Positions 24,736 through 37,035 of a DNA stretch of 64,000 nt are shown in pieces (position 1 is the stretch's first letter; the number at the start of each line of letters is the position of its first letter). This DNA comes from Chiloscyllium plagiosum. Taxonomy: Eukaryota. The stretch covers positions 41,882,444 through 41,946,443 of the forward strand of contig NC_057718.1 of the NCBI RefSeq assembly GCF_004010195.1, given 5' to 3'. The notes beneath the pieces are model-generated. The model saw only the letters and a list, made by a program, of their open reading frames with translations. It was not told the DNA's origin and did not search any database. Made by a program: the position numbers and the translations under genes.

Positions 24736-24978
24736 GCCAGGATATGTATGATGCAAAGATTGTGATCCTGTGCAAGAACAAGGGTCACCACAGCAGATGC
24801 AACAACTTTGAGGCATCTTCCTGCTCAATTTCATGAGGTAATTATTTGCTTGTGTTGCCCTTGTCAGATTGCAGATCCTGCCTGAATGCATCTACCTGAA
24901 TTCCAGTGTAGTTTCAGACAAGACAATTGGAATGGCCTTCTCAGTTGGCAGCTGCAAGGGAAATGCCAAGAACAAAGT
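24736..24978 (+). mobile_element. RTE-clade LINE RT fragment
   Basis: QDMYDAKIVILCKNKG...CNNF.GIFLL...RLQILPECIY...QLQGKCQEQ resembles RTE QDMRDAKIVTLYKNKGDRSDCNNYRGISLL. Confidence 0.8.
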
Positions 24979-24981
24979 ATT

Positions 24982-25107
24982 GGGGTGGCACGGTGGCACA
25001 GTGGTTAGCACAGCTACCTCACAGCACCCGGGTTTGATTCCACCCAAGAGCGACTGTCTGTGTGGAGTTTGTACATTCTCTTCGTGTCTGTGTGAATTTC
25101 CTCCAGG
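24982..25107 (+). mobile_element. HE1-like SINE 5' part, truncated
   Basis: GGGTGGCACGGTGGCACAGTGGTTAGCAC head and TGTGTGGAGTTTG core. Confidence 0.8.
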
Positions 25108-25486
25108 TCAACTTGTGTTCTCTGTAGCGGGCCAACACCTTCAACATATTGTCTAGCTATCACCATTGTTAACAGTTAACCCGAGAATGCAACTTTTTAA
25201 AAAAAGGTTTCGTGATTTACACATGAAAGAAGTGAAATGATCACTGTATTCTAATTGATGAAAGGCTTAACAGACAATCAATTTTTCAATGTATAATTTC
25301 AGTTACATCATACTGTAAATTTTTGCTATAAATTCTGAGTGTTAGGATTGAGCCCTCCACTACCACCTGATGAAGGAGTGTCGCTCCGAAAGCTAGCGTG
25401 CTTCCAATTAAACCTGTTGGACTATCACCTGGTGTTGTGTGATTTTTAACTTTGTACACCCCAATCCAACACCAGCATCTCCAAAT
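25108..25486 (+). mobile_element. Penelope-like 3' end with intact hammerhead core
   Basis: CTGATGA (25367-25373)-A-GGAGT-gtc-GCTCC-GAAA (25388-25391)-GCT-A; tail matches 21083-21172. Confidence 0.8.
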
Positions 25487-25791
25487 CAGGTTTATTTGAA
25501 ATCACAAGCTTTTGGAGCACTGCTCCTTCATCAGGTGAAGTAAAGGGAAGTGCACAGGCACAGAATTTGTAGGCGGAGAGATAATGGTAAGATAATTCCA
25601 AGTAATTGGGAATGTCGACAGATAAATACAAATATTGTGAGTGGAACATCGACAAGCTGAATAACAAGTCTATGCAGGTGATCAAAAGTGTCAAACGATG
25701 TGCGTAAAGTGTCAAGTATCTGAATAACAAGTGAATGTGCACTTCCCTCCACTGCACCTGACAAAGGAGCAGCACTGGGAAAGCTTGTGAT
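25487..25791 (-). repeat. Near-identical inverted copy of 24170-24467
   Basis: ORF-track translations 24197(+) and 25446(-) differ at only about 3 of 89 residues. Confidence 0.9.
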
Positions 25792-26419
25792 GTGACCATC
25801 AGAATCAGGAAGACAAATGTCATGCTCCAGCATGCTGCTACCCTGGTATCTATCAGCATTGACTATGTGATGCTGGAAGTTGTTGATTACTTCATATATT
25901 TAAGCTCCTGTCACTTGATGCCTGAATCAACACACACATTGCAAAATGTTATGTTCAAATTGAATAAGTGAATGTGAAATAACTGAAATCTTTTTGAGAA
26001 CACTAAATTGGGAATCTGCCAAACGTGCATCCTCCGAACACTTCTCTGCTGTCATATAGGGCAATTTTTGCTAGGCAGGAGAAAAAGCGAAACAGTTTCC
26101 ACTTTTGATATCTTTCACGTACTGTCTGCATATTTGGGCGAAACATATTCATTATCTCAGTGGTTCTGGAGTGGGCCACTTTCACCATCATACACTTATT
26201 GCTAATTCAGCAATTTCTGTGATCACTCAGTTTCCAATATGACTGTGTACTCAAAAATGTTCAGTACAGTAACTGGCCACTGGGTCACAGCCTCCTGTGT
26301 GTTTAAGCTGCCACTACAGGGAACATCTGCAAGTGCGATAGAGGGTAGGTGGTCATTGACACTTACAACTGGGACACATTCGCTGACAGCTGAAGTGTCG
26401 AGACCCTGTTTGAAAGAGG

Positions 26420-27960
26420 TAAGAAACAAAAAAATAAAGAATTGCAAGTGCTGGAAATCTGAAACAAAAACAGAAAGAGCTGGAGAAACCCAGCAGTTCT
26501 GGCAGGAGAGAAAGCAGAGTTATCATTTAGAGTCCAGTGACCCATCTTCTGAACTTATTGGAGCTAAGAAAAGGCGGAAGATATCCTGTTGCTGAGGGTT
26601 GGGGTGGGGGGGGGGGGGGGGAATGGGGGGAAGGGGATGGTGATGATGGAGCCCAGAGAGAGACGATAGCAGTTGTGCACAAAAAGGGATGGATAATGGT
26701 GAGCCTGGGAGAAAGAATAGGTATTAATATGGACCATTACTGGGCTAAAATGGCTGTGCTGGATGGCTCCATTAGTGGAGCATTAATGACCGTTAGCGGC
26801 TGTGCTGAAATCAGCCCATATGATGACAGTGCCTGATATATGGATGTTGTGGGAAGGCTATGGAAGAAGGTGCTCAAGCCCTAAAATTATTGAGCTCAAC
26901 ATTGAATCTTGAAATTGCAGGTTCTAATGGAAGGTGAGGTGCTGTTCTTTCGACTGGCGCTGAGACTCACTGGAGTGCTGCAGCAAACCCAAGATAGAAA
27001 TGCTGTCCAAGAAACACCAGTAGGGCCCCTCTAGTCCTCACTTTCCAACCACCAGCATCCACATCCAAAGGATCATGAGCTACATTTCAGCCACCTCCAG
27101 CAGGATGCCACCCCCAGACACATGTTCCCCTCTCCCTCTCTTGGCAGCCTTCAGCAGGGATCATTTCCATAAGAACATGCAGGTCCATTCCTTTTCCATG
27201 GCTAACACCTCCTCACACTCCCACTGCACCCCTTCCCATGCAAATGGAGAAGGTGCAATACCTGTCTGTTTACCTCCTCCCCGCTCACTATCCCATGCCA
27301 CATATGATTCACCTGAAGCAATGATTCAGCTGCACTTCACTCAGACTAGTCTATTCTATTCACTGCTCACAATATGGTCTTCTCTGCACTAGGGAGACAA
27401 AACGGTGCTTGCTTTGTGGAACACTCATGTTCTGTCCCCAAGCTTCTGGCTGCCTGCCACTTCAAAACATCACCACGTTCCCTGGCCAACATTTCTGTCT
27501 TGGACTTGCTGCAGTACTCCAGTGAGGCTCAGCTCAGGCTGGAAAAACAGCATCTCACTTTCCACTGGGGGACCCTGCAGCCTTCAGGGGTCAATCATTT
27601 TAGGACCTCAGCACCTTCTTCCATGTCCTTCCCCCACCTCCACACACCAAACCCTGTCATCACCAGCACAACCAAACCTATTCTCAGCTCCTAATGGTTC
27701 CTATTAACAGGAAGTTTTCCCATACCATTGTCCATTCCTGCACAATTGCTATTCTCTCACTCTCTGGCTCCATCTCCACTTAACGTTTACCCCTTCCCCT
27801 CCAATCACCATCCCGTCCTCACCCTCAGCATATGCACCACCTTTTTCTAGACACAGTCAGTTCTGTAGAAGGGTCACTGGACCCAAAACATTAACTGTGT
27901 CTTCTCTCCAGTGATGCTGCTAGGCCTATTGAGTTTCTCCAGCAATGTCTGCTTTATTTG
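26420..27960 (+). mobile_element. Penelope-like element (GIY-YIG region, 27020-27960) preceded by an inverted 3' segment (26420-27018)
   Basis: Decayed PLVLTF...HLQQDATPRHMFPS...CNTC...LVYSIHCSQYGLLCTRETK...EAQLRLEKQHLTFHWGTLQPSG; hammerhead-like motif at 27863. Confidence 0.85.
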
Positions 27961-28879
27961 GAAGTGGCATATTATGTGTGCTTCTGAATAATACTGATGA
28001 AGTGCCATTAGCAGGAATCAGGGTGATAATACTATAAGCCCTGGTGTGATGAATAGGTAGAAATCTTTAAGGAGTCAAATCTATAACTGTCCTTTTAACA
28101 GTTTCTCTGTTAATGTGTACCATATCCTTGTAACCTTGTAATAAGTTTCACAGATGCAATAAATTAGATTATGTCTACCAAAAGGGACACTTCTAGTTAA
28201 ACCAGAAGGGGGCTTTCCTCATCCCCAATTGACCATGTGGGCCTGGGGAGAACATATACCTGTACAGTGTATGTAACAGCGAGCAGAAACAAAAAGTTCA
28301 GCTGGCCGAGTAGAGAGGAAAAGCAATAGAGACGGTCATGATAGATTGGGGATCCAGGGTCACCTCAAGCAATGTTTAACATTGATTTGATTATCACTGT
28401 ACAAACTATTATCTTACTAGGTGGAAGGTTGCCTTTGAGTCCCTTAATGTTTTTATGATCTGAAACCTTTGATTTCTGGATGAATAATTAGGGAAACCAC
28501 ACTATTAACCTTGCAAAATTACATTATCATCTAAGTTCTTGTGCACTTTTTCAATCTGAGGATAATTAAGATAGTGGACTTGTTCTAGTTCACTATCTAC
28601 TTATTGGGCACTGGTGTATGACACAAAATGGAGTAAAATTATCAAGATTCATAACATTAGACCATGTTTTCCATGAAACTCTAAAAAGCCTCCTTTTTCA
28701 GATTAAGTATGCGAGGAGCTTTAATTACCTGCAATTTCCATTATCTGTGCAGGAAGGGGAATGCTCCCTTCATTACCACAGATAATTGTTTTTTGCTCCA
28801 CAGATTGTTTTCTTGCTAAAACGGTTCTGTGTTATAAAATACACTGTTGTTCCCAGTTTTAATCAGATCCCACATTATA

Positions 28880-29165
28880 CAGAAACAAAAACAGAAATTA
28901 CTGGAAAACTCAGCAGGGCTGTCAGCATTGGTAGAGAGAAAGCTGAGTTAATGCTTGGGTCCAGTGACCCTTCTTCAGAACAGGTATTAGTGAATCAGAC
29001 AAGTTTTCATAACAATGTGATTCACTAATGCCTGTACTGAAGAAGGGTCATTGGACCCAAAATGTTAACTCTGCCTTTTCTCTCTGCCTGACCTGCTGCG
29101 TTTTTCCGGTAATTTCCGTTTTTGTTTCTGATTTACAGCATCCGCAGTTCTTCAGTTCTTTTTTT
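28880..29165. mobile_element. Palindromic Penelope-derived mini-element (hammerhead family C)
   Basis: Inverted arms GGGTCCAGTGACCCTTCTTCAG / CTGAAGAAGGGTCATTGGACCC; inner palindrome ACAGGTATTAGTGAATCA / TGATTCACTAATGCCTGT. Confidence 0.85.
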
Positions 29166-30589
29166 GGTTAGTGCCCACCCTGCACAGATTGGATGTTAAT
29201 AATCCATACCCTTTGAATTGAAGTCATGTCACTTTTGAGATTATTCCGGATTTCAGACACCCAGGTTGGATGGGATTGAATGCCACTTGGCTCAACTCAA
29301 GGGATGTGAACAAGACTTGAGTGTTACTGTAAACAAAGCAGCAAAACTGATAAGTGATTTGCAAGCCACTGAGAACTAGCACCTAACTGAATTATAACAA
29401 CATCTGGACAATGAGTCTGAAGTTCACTTAACTAAATATCAAATGAAATGTTTTCATAATTGCCCAGTTTTTAGGCAACACTGTTATTGGACAGCTAGAT
29501 TTTGGATAACAACCTTTAAGGGCTAACACAAAATCTATTAGAAATTATTCCACTTTTGTTATATTATAAAAACTGTGTAACTATTAAACATCAGAAAATG
29601 AAATCAGTTGGTCTGGTTAAGCTTGCACCGAAATGTCTTGCTGATTTGTATTTTATGAAAGTGCATCAATGTTGACATTCCAGACCAGAGAAAAGGTTTG
29701 TGACCAAGTCAAAAATTTCATAAGTGTTCTCTGAAATGATGTGTTGCAGCCCTTACTATGCTTTATATCTAATGAATAAATTCTTACTGACACAAAGTGG
29801 CACCACTGAAGATGAAGGCTTTTAAAATCACACAGCAGCATTGTGAACACATTTCATTACAAATAGCTGCACATTCAGAGCTATTCAAGGCGTCAAGTGC
29901 AACTTTGCTACTCTTCTGACAAATTGAAGGCAAATTTAGACTCAGTGAGGTGTAATAGAGATTCAGTGAGAGGATATTATAACAAAGCTAAAATATTTCC
30001 ATGTTAAATATGACGTGATTTACAGTTGGAACAGCATGAGAACTTCTACTCTGCATTAAATTTAAGGTACGCAAGTACTTTTGGAAATGGTATATATCTC
30101 AGTTTCTAAATTGCATAATATTTAATTCATAATTTAGCAGCATAGTCAGCTGGAGCAAATCAGGCAGCCATGAACATTCACATATACCTGAAGCCTTTAA
30201 TGCCAATGACCCATCTGTTTTACTTGATTCATCTAGTTTTAGATATAAACCTCAATAGATGTATGATTTTTAAAGTCTGGAAATATATGTCTTCTCTGTG
30301 TGTAGCAGACTTGAACTGATCAGAATATAGATGAAAAGTTCATACTTAGACCTAGATTCAGAAATCTACTCAGATTTGAACTGAGCTTTAAAACACCCTT
30401 GTTCAGATTCTCTTCAAGGCCATACATATGACTTGTTGACCATTAAGGAGCCTTCAGTAAGGAGTTCAACGAGCTAACAATCAGTCCTGAATTATTTCCA
30501 CCACCTCCCAATTCCCCAAAGGCCAAAAATAAAATTTACAATCCACTAAAACAAACACTTTGGTCCAAATTCAGAATTATCTTCACTCC

Positions 30590-30915
30590 CTGTAATGTCA
30601 GTGGATTAGCAATCCAGACTCTCAGGCTAATATTCTGTGAAAATGGGTTCAAATGGCAGATAGTGAAATTTGAATTAAATCTAAATCTGAAATAAAAACT
30701 AGTTTGCTGGTGACTACGTAACTATGGTTGATTGTCAAGAAAGCCTATTGGATTCACTAACAGATCTTAGTGAAAGAAATCTGCTGTCTATACCTGGTCT
30801 CACCTGTGACTCTAGACATATGACTCCAGATCCATAGCAATGCAGTTGACTCTAAACTTCACTCGCCCAAGCAATACTTGCCCATCAAGCAATGTACACA
30901 TCCCACAATTGATTA
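30590..30915 (+). mobile_element. SacSINE1-like SINE
   Basis: Reverse-complement similarity to 22800-23135; GGGTTCAAAT B-box-like motif. Confidence 0.65.
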
Positions 30916-31394
30916 AAAGAAAGACAAACTCAATGAACCAGTCCCCTTTTCAAAAACTCGTATTCCGTCTTGAAGTCAGGTCAGATACTAGTCCTGATTA
31001 ACTCTGTAACCTTGGTTGCTGTGCAGAAATTGTTTTGAACCAATGCTCCAGGTGCAATAAAAATGCAGCCAAAGGTGCAAGGCTTTTGAATTAGGTAATT
31101 AACAATACTTAATGATGAAAAACATATATTAAAGAGAAAATGCATAACTGTCCTTAATTTAATAGTAATTGACATTGTGGCAGTCTCTCTCAAAAAGGGG
31201 CAATTCAATTGATATGGGAGGTGGAATAGGAGGAGGATAACAAGTAGAGTGACACAATGGTACAGACGCTAATGTTTTCCGAGATGTGGCTTACTGAAGC
31301 CTTAATGTACCTGTAGCCATGACCTCAGGGTGCATGGTTTTAAAGTTCACAAACATGAATATTCCCCATCTTCATGAGAACAAAGGTCATTGAG

Positions 31395-31565
31395 AAGAAA
31401 CAGAAAGTGCTATAAATACTCAACAGGCGTGGTAGTATCTATGAGGTGACAAACAGAGTTAATTTTTGCAGTTCAATATGGTTTCTCCTAACCTGGTGAG
31501 TTTCTCCAGCACTTCCTGTTTTTATTCCAGATTTCAAACATCCTCAATATTTTGCTTTTATTTTC
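31395..31565. mobile_element. Old palindromic Penelope-derived mini-element
   Basis: AAACAGAAAGTGCT...AGCACTTCCTGTTT inverted arms. Confidence 0.6.
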
Positions 31566-33594
31566 GTCTTTAAAAAGCAATGTTGTGGTAGCTTTTGTGA
31601 TTTGAAATAATAGGGATCATCTTGTCTCTGGGTGTTTGTGTGAAATGGAAGATATTGATTCAGTCACCTGCTACACATCTCTCTTGGTTTTCATCTCGAT
31701 TGACTTCACTTTTGTTGGCATGTGCCATAAAAATGTGTGAAAAATCTCGGATAAGCCAAAGTATCTTTGGCTCATGGAAGCTCATCAATCTCACATCCCA
31801 ACAGTCCTACCATCTCAGAGGCAATTTAAATTTATGCCTTAGCTCTATAACATTTTATACACCTAAATGATTGCCCTTTAAGCATTTTTTCCGAGAAAAT
31901 GCTCCAGCATGAGTTGACTAATCCTTACTCATAGCTCTCCAATTTTAGTCTCCCGATATTTTCTATGTTACAGTGACCAGACAAAAATATAGTGCGTAGA
32001 AACTCATTGTTTCTTAACTGTTTCATAGAATCAAATGCAGGTTCTTGATTATGTCAGCTTACCGCATTATGTTGACATCTAACTGGAGGCACCAAATAAG
32101 AATCGTCTTTGTGTTTGGCCTTTAATTGATGTCATGGATTTCCTGAGTTGAGAGGCCCAATCTGAAGGCATGAAGCTGTGGAAGGCTAACTGCTCCTGGG
32201 GGAGAAATGGGCATTGCTGAGGCAGTTCAGAATTGCAAGGGCCCCTCTTCACAGTAATGCTCACTGCAAAGAAAAGTCAATCACGGACACAGCAGTCAGG
32301 ACTTCAGTGGAGTATTCATGCAGAATGGTTAGCGCTCCACAGGATTGGTTGGGGCTCAGTGCTGATTAAGAGGCATTGATGGCTGCCCCACACTGTCACC
32401 AGGAGGACTCTTACATTTGCCTGCTGGCCTCCAATCTCATCCAGAGCAAAATCTGCCACTGATAGATACTAGCAATGCCATTCCTTTGCCCCGAAATGCC
32501 CTTTTAATGGGCTTAATCGGCAATCAACTATTGTCTTATTGACCTCATTTGTGGCAAGATCAGTGAGAGGTGAAAATGTCCCCAGGAGCAGAACCACACG
32601 TAAATTCCAAAGAGCAGAATTACATTTAAATTCCCTGGAGCTGACTCACATGCTAATTCCCAGGAGCAGATCCAAATGCTAATTCCTTGGTTTCCTCTCA
32701 GTGTTACTTCCAAATGTGCCTCCACAAGACTGAGAAGATTCTATTCATTGTTGCTTGCATAGTCTATCTTGTGCATTGAAAAAGTTTAGCATAATCTTTG
32801 GGGTAAAACACTATATAGGTGCCATGCCCAGTATTCTTTGTTCTGTTTTAATACTGCTGCTATATTTTTGAGATACCAAAGATGATAAGAGCATCATAAT
32901 TTCCCATCAAAGCTTTACTCAGCCAAATTAATGCTGTACGTTTTGCATCTAGATCAGCCTAAAGCCACATGGCTCTCTGTGCTATGGGTTTCTTTAATGA
33001 ACCTTCCTTGTTTAGCTCGGTGAACACTGTGATTATGTTCTTTTGAGGAAGCCAGCAAGGTTGACTTTTTGGTATTTAGTTAAATGCCTGTTAGCATGCT
33101 GTTCAAGCCATGCCAAGATGAACCAGAATAAAACAATTATATTTCTTCAGTTGCTTTACATACCAAAAGTGAGCATAGTTAAGTTCTGTAACATTTGAAA
33201 AATGTTTCTCTTGCTATGGGCTTTTACAACTCAGACTCCTCCTATTCTGTGTACTAATGGACAAATAAAACATTCCAGAATATAAAATAATAAGTCTGCT
33301 TAATTGTGCTGGGCATGCTCACACTAAAATTGTCATCTTCATTAGTTTTACAACTAAGGAATGAGGTAAGAGTGAGGGAGTAATGGGATTGGGATGAAGG
33401 TGGAAGTAACTTGTGTTCTTTGTATTCATATATGTAACTTGTTTATGATTCTGTACAGACTGTGCTAATGTATCACAGCAGATCCTGGCCAATATCATCT
33501 TGGAACCCTTTTGCCACTGGACCAAATGTTCTGCTCTACCAAAACCACGAGGTGGTTGACATGCTACTGTCATTTTACATTAAAAAGAATCAGA

Positions 33595-33776
33595 AACAAA
33601 AATAGAACTTGCTGGAAAAGCTGTGGCAGGACCTGTGGAGAGTTCTGAGGAAGGGTGACTCAACCCGAAATGTTAACTTTGATTTCTCTCTACAGATGTA
33701 AACAAAACAGCTGAGCTTTTTCAGCAATTTATATTTTTGTTTCTGATTTATAGCTTCCACAATTCTTTCGATTTTA
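33595..33776 (+). mobile_element. Penelope-derived mini-element with family C hammerhead motif
   Basis: AGTT-CTGAGGA (33645-33651)-A-GGGT-gactca-ACCC-GAAA-TGT-T-AACT; flanking repeat ATTAAAAAG(A/T)ATCAGA at 33579 and 33777. Confidence 0.75.
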
Positions 33777-35249
33777 ATTAAAAAGTATCAGACATTTTCC
33801 ACTTATCAAAATGAAATTTTGCCAGAAATTAACATCAGGTCCTTAATTTATTACACTTAACCAAAGGAAACTTTTACTAACAACTTTTGTGAGGGAAATG
33901 ACCAACTGGGTAGAATCCGATGCAAAGTGAGTACAGATTTGTCTGGTCTTAATTTCCAAGCTCTCTACACGCTTGTTCTCCTATTTATTTTAAACTGTAA
34001 TTCTCTTTAGTGCAGAATCAGAAATGTCTGCCAACTAATACATCCTGTTGCCATATCATTTTATAAATGCTATTTAAAATGCAACAGATCTCTGGAGGAG
34101 GCAAAAATACATAAAGGATAATACTACACCATCACTGTTATATATCAAAAACATCCAAGAAAACACCAAAATCTTTATCATTTTGCAGATGTTGCAAAAC
34201 AGGGCTTATAGTACTCCACCTTAACTTCCTAAAGTCGCAGATTTTACCTTCAAATTTGATGATGTGTCAAAGTCATTTACTGGTAATGAGTTCTGCGGAA
34301 TTTTATTTTGCTTGGAATTTAATTAATGGTCTGAAGACTTTCCATTGTGATTTGAGCAAATGAATAATAAATCAAGAAAGGAGATTTGTCAGGGAAAGAA
34401 CATCTGTTTCTTACAAGCGTTACAACATGACTACAGTTTGGCTGTGCATTACCAAAGCACTGACAGTAGGAGTCCTCTCCTCGAAAGCACTCTTCATTTA
34501 TTGCTCCATTGAAGGTGAACAGAGCACTCTAATGGGTCTCTGGTGTTAATAAAAGCTTGCAGTTCTCAATTCGTATCCCTGCTTTTGGCTTCTTCTGTCC
34601 TTAGTCCATGCTTTGTTGGGCAAAGCATCAAGATTCTGCAGTGTCAGTGGTTACAGGATGATTAATAGGGACAGACAAATTCATAAGCAGAAACGTTATA
34701 AAATCACTGTTATATTGGTGTCATGTGGCATACCATAGCTTTGCTATGTAAATGGTATGATGATTGAAGCTAAGCAGATTGAGCTAAATTATTCAGGGAA
34801 AACCTAAATTAGCGGTCCTCTTTCACTCGCTATTAGTCTTTTCACCTTTAGCAGTTTCTAGTTTGTATACTAGTGGATGTAAATAAATATTCTAGCATAT
34901 AAAATTGTAAGAGTCTGTGCTGAGTATCGTTCAAGTTACACAATTTTTTGATTTGAATCACAATCAGGGAATGAGATAAGCCATAACTGTGCTGAATTCA
35001 TTCTTGAGCTATGCTTTTGTCAAATCATAAGCTTAATACATGGGTTGAGAACACAGTGGTTTTCTCTTTAGATAGGTTAGTAGTAATGAATATGGAGTAT
35101 GATGTCCACATCACCTCTCGAAATTCAGGGATGACCATTGAGTGTGTTGCTCTTTTGTGTATAGTGGACATTTTGACCCCACAACAAACGATGAAGGAAA
35201 TTTCGCTCGTTTAAATCTTTTCCCCTCATAATTTTTTTTCTCCTTTAGT

Positions 35250-35440
35250 AAAAGTCACTATAATCCCAGAGGATTGATCACCCATTTGAGGGATAATCGG
35301 CAGCACTTTAACCTGAAGGTCACCACATCTCAGGCAAACACTTAGAAAAGTGAGTCCTTCGTGGTCAGCTCAGCTATTGTAGGAATTGAACCCACACAGT
35401 TGGCATTAGTCTGCATTGCAGGTCAACTGTCCAGCAACCA
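35250..35440 (-). mobile_element. tRNA-derived SINE (family of 47389-47645)
   Basis: GGAATTGAACCC B-box on the minus strand; shared CCTGAG...GTGGTGA...CAGGTTAAA core. Confidence 0.65.
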
Positions 35441-36849
35441 CTTTTATTAGCAAGACTCTTGTGCTTTATACAAGTGGCGACTCTTCATGTGTGAGCTTTG
35501 ATTCTTTGTGTTTTAGCAGCATGTTTTACTGTTAAAGGTTTCCCAACCAGGCTGGATCCAGTCACAAAAACAAAATGCTGGAGAAACACAACAGATCTGG
35601 GAGCATCAGTAGAGAGAAAGCAGAGTTAATATTCCAAGTCCAATGAACCTTCTTCTGATGCTTTTGCACATGCATTTCCAATGGGATAAATAGGAGATTG
35701 ATATTTATATATTGATATAGTAGGAAAATGTGTGAGTATGTTTGTGTCTAGAAATAGAACTCTCAAGCAGAACTGATGGTGATTGCAAGATGATTGATGA
35801 AAAGAACAAATTGAGAGAGAATCAATGTGGGTTACAGAAGAAAAAGTAATGAAGTGAAATTAAGAATGAGGATAAATATTTGGGCGAGATGGAAAACATT
35901 TCAGTGGTGATCTGGCTCAGATGTTAGACAAAGGGACATTGGTTAAGGGAGTGGGCAATGGACAGTGGAAAGTGAGAGTTTCTGTGGCACAGGTAGAGGC
36001 TGCATGATACAGGGCCACTGAAGATACATGTAGGGATTTTGCAGGAGAGGTACATAGTGAGCTGGCAGAGGTCGGCTGTTGAACTCTGTTGGATTGCAGA
36101 CAGTATGGAAGTACTAGTAGGTTCCGGTGAACTGGGACTTGCTGGGAATATAATATTGTTAAGATTAGCAACAAGAATATCTGTTGGGAGCATTATTTTA
36201 TGTGGGTCAGGGTAGATTGTCATTTTGAAAATGTGTTGCTGGAAGAGCGCAGCAGGTCAGGCAGCATCCAGGGAACAGGAGAATCGACGCTCCGGGCATA
36301 AGCCCTTTTTGCATAGGTTGAGGAAGGGTCTCCCTTTTCTGGGAGTGTCTCGCCATTTTGTGAAGGTTAGAGGTGGCCACCATTTTGCCAGCTTCAGGAA
36401 ATGATTGTTCTCCAAGGGAAGGCTAACCATTTTTTTTGGAGTGCCAGGGATGCCTTTCTGTGTAAGTGTGTTGTTGTCTTATCTTTTGTGAGGTTTTGCA
36501 GAAGAACCTGGAAAGTTGAGAGGAGATTGCATTTGGGGAGGTGGAATTTGATGCAAGGTAGTAGATGAACGAAGCATGGAACAGATGAAGGTGCAGTGGT
36601 CACATGTGCAACTGTTTATGATCATGCACAGAATGTGCTAGTGTCCCACAGCAAAGTCTGGCACCTAATTATCTTGGAAGCCCCTCGCCATTGGACCTAT
36701 GCCCAGCCCTGCTGAAACCATATGGAGGTTGATGTGCAACTGCCATTCAACAATAAAAGATCAGGCAAAGGTGCCTTTCATTAGTCAAACGATGTTTGAA
36801 AGATTGAATATCAGGACTTTAATGGACAAGCCCAACATTGATCTGAACA

Positions 36850-37035
36850 CCGTGCTGCCATCAAGTGATGGAAACTCAGACACATTGAATCTCATCTGAC
36901 TGAACCCTTCAAGCACCCCCTGTCCTACATGTGGCAGAGACTGCACATCATGCATTAGATCTATCAGTCATCTCAGAACCCAATGAACTTGAGTGGAAGC
37001 AAACCATCCTTGATCCTGAGGGACTGCCTAAGAAA
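36850..37035 (+). mobile_element. RTE LINE 3' end
   Basis: PCPTCGRDCTSCIRSISHLRT C-terminal motif followed by GTGGAAGCAA...GAGGGACTGCCTAAGA tail. Confidence 0.75.

Noticed and set aside
24197..25859. Duplicated small protein genes (ORFs 24197+ and 25446-)
   Set aside because: They are translations of an inverted repeat element; SPDEGAVLQKLVISNKP is the hammerhead terminus read as codons.
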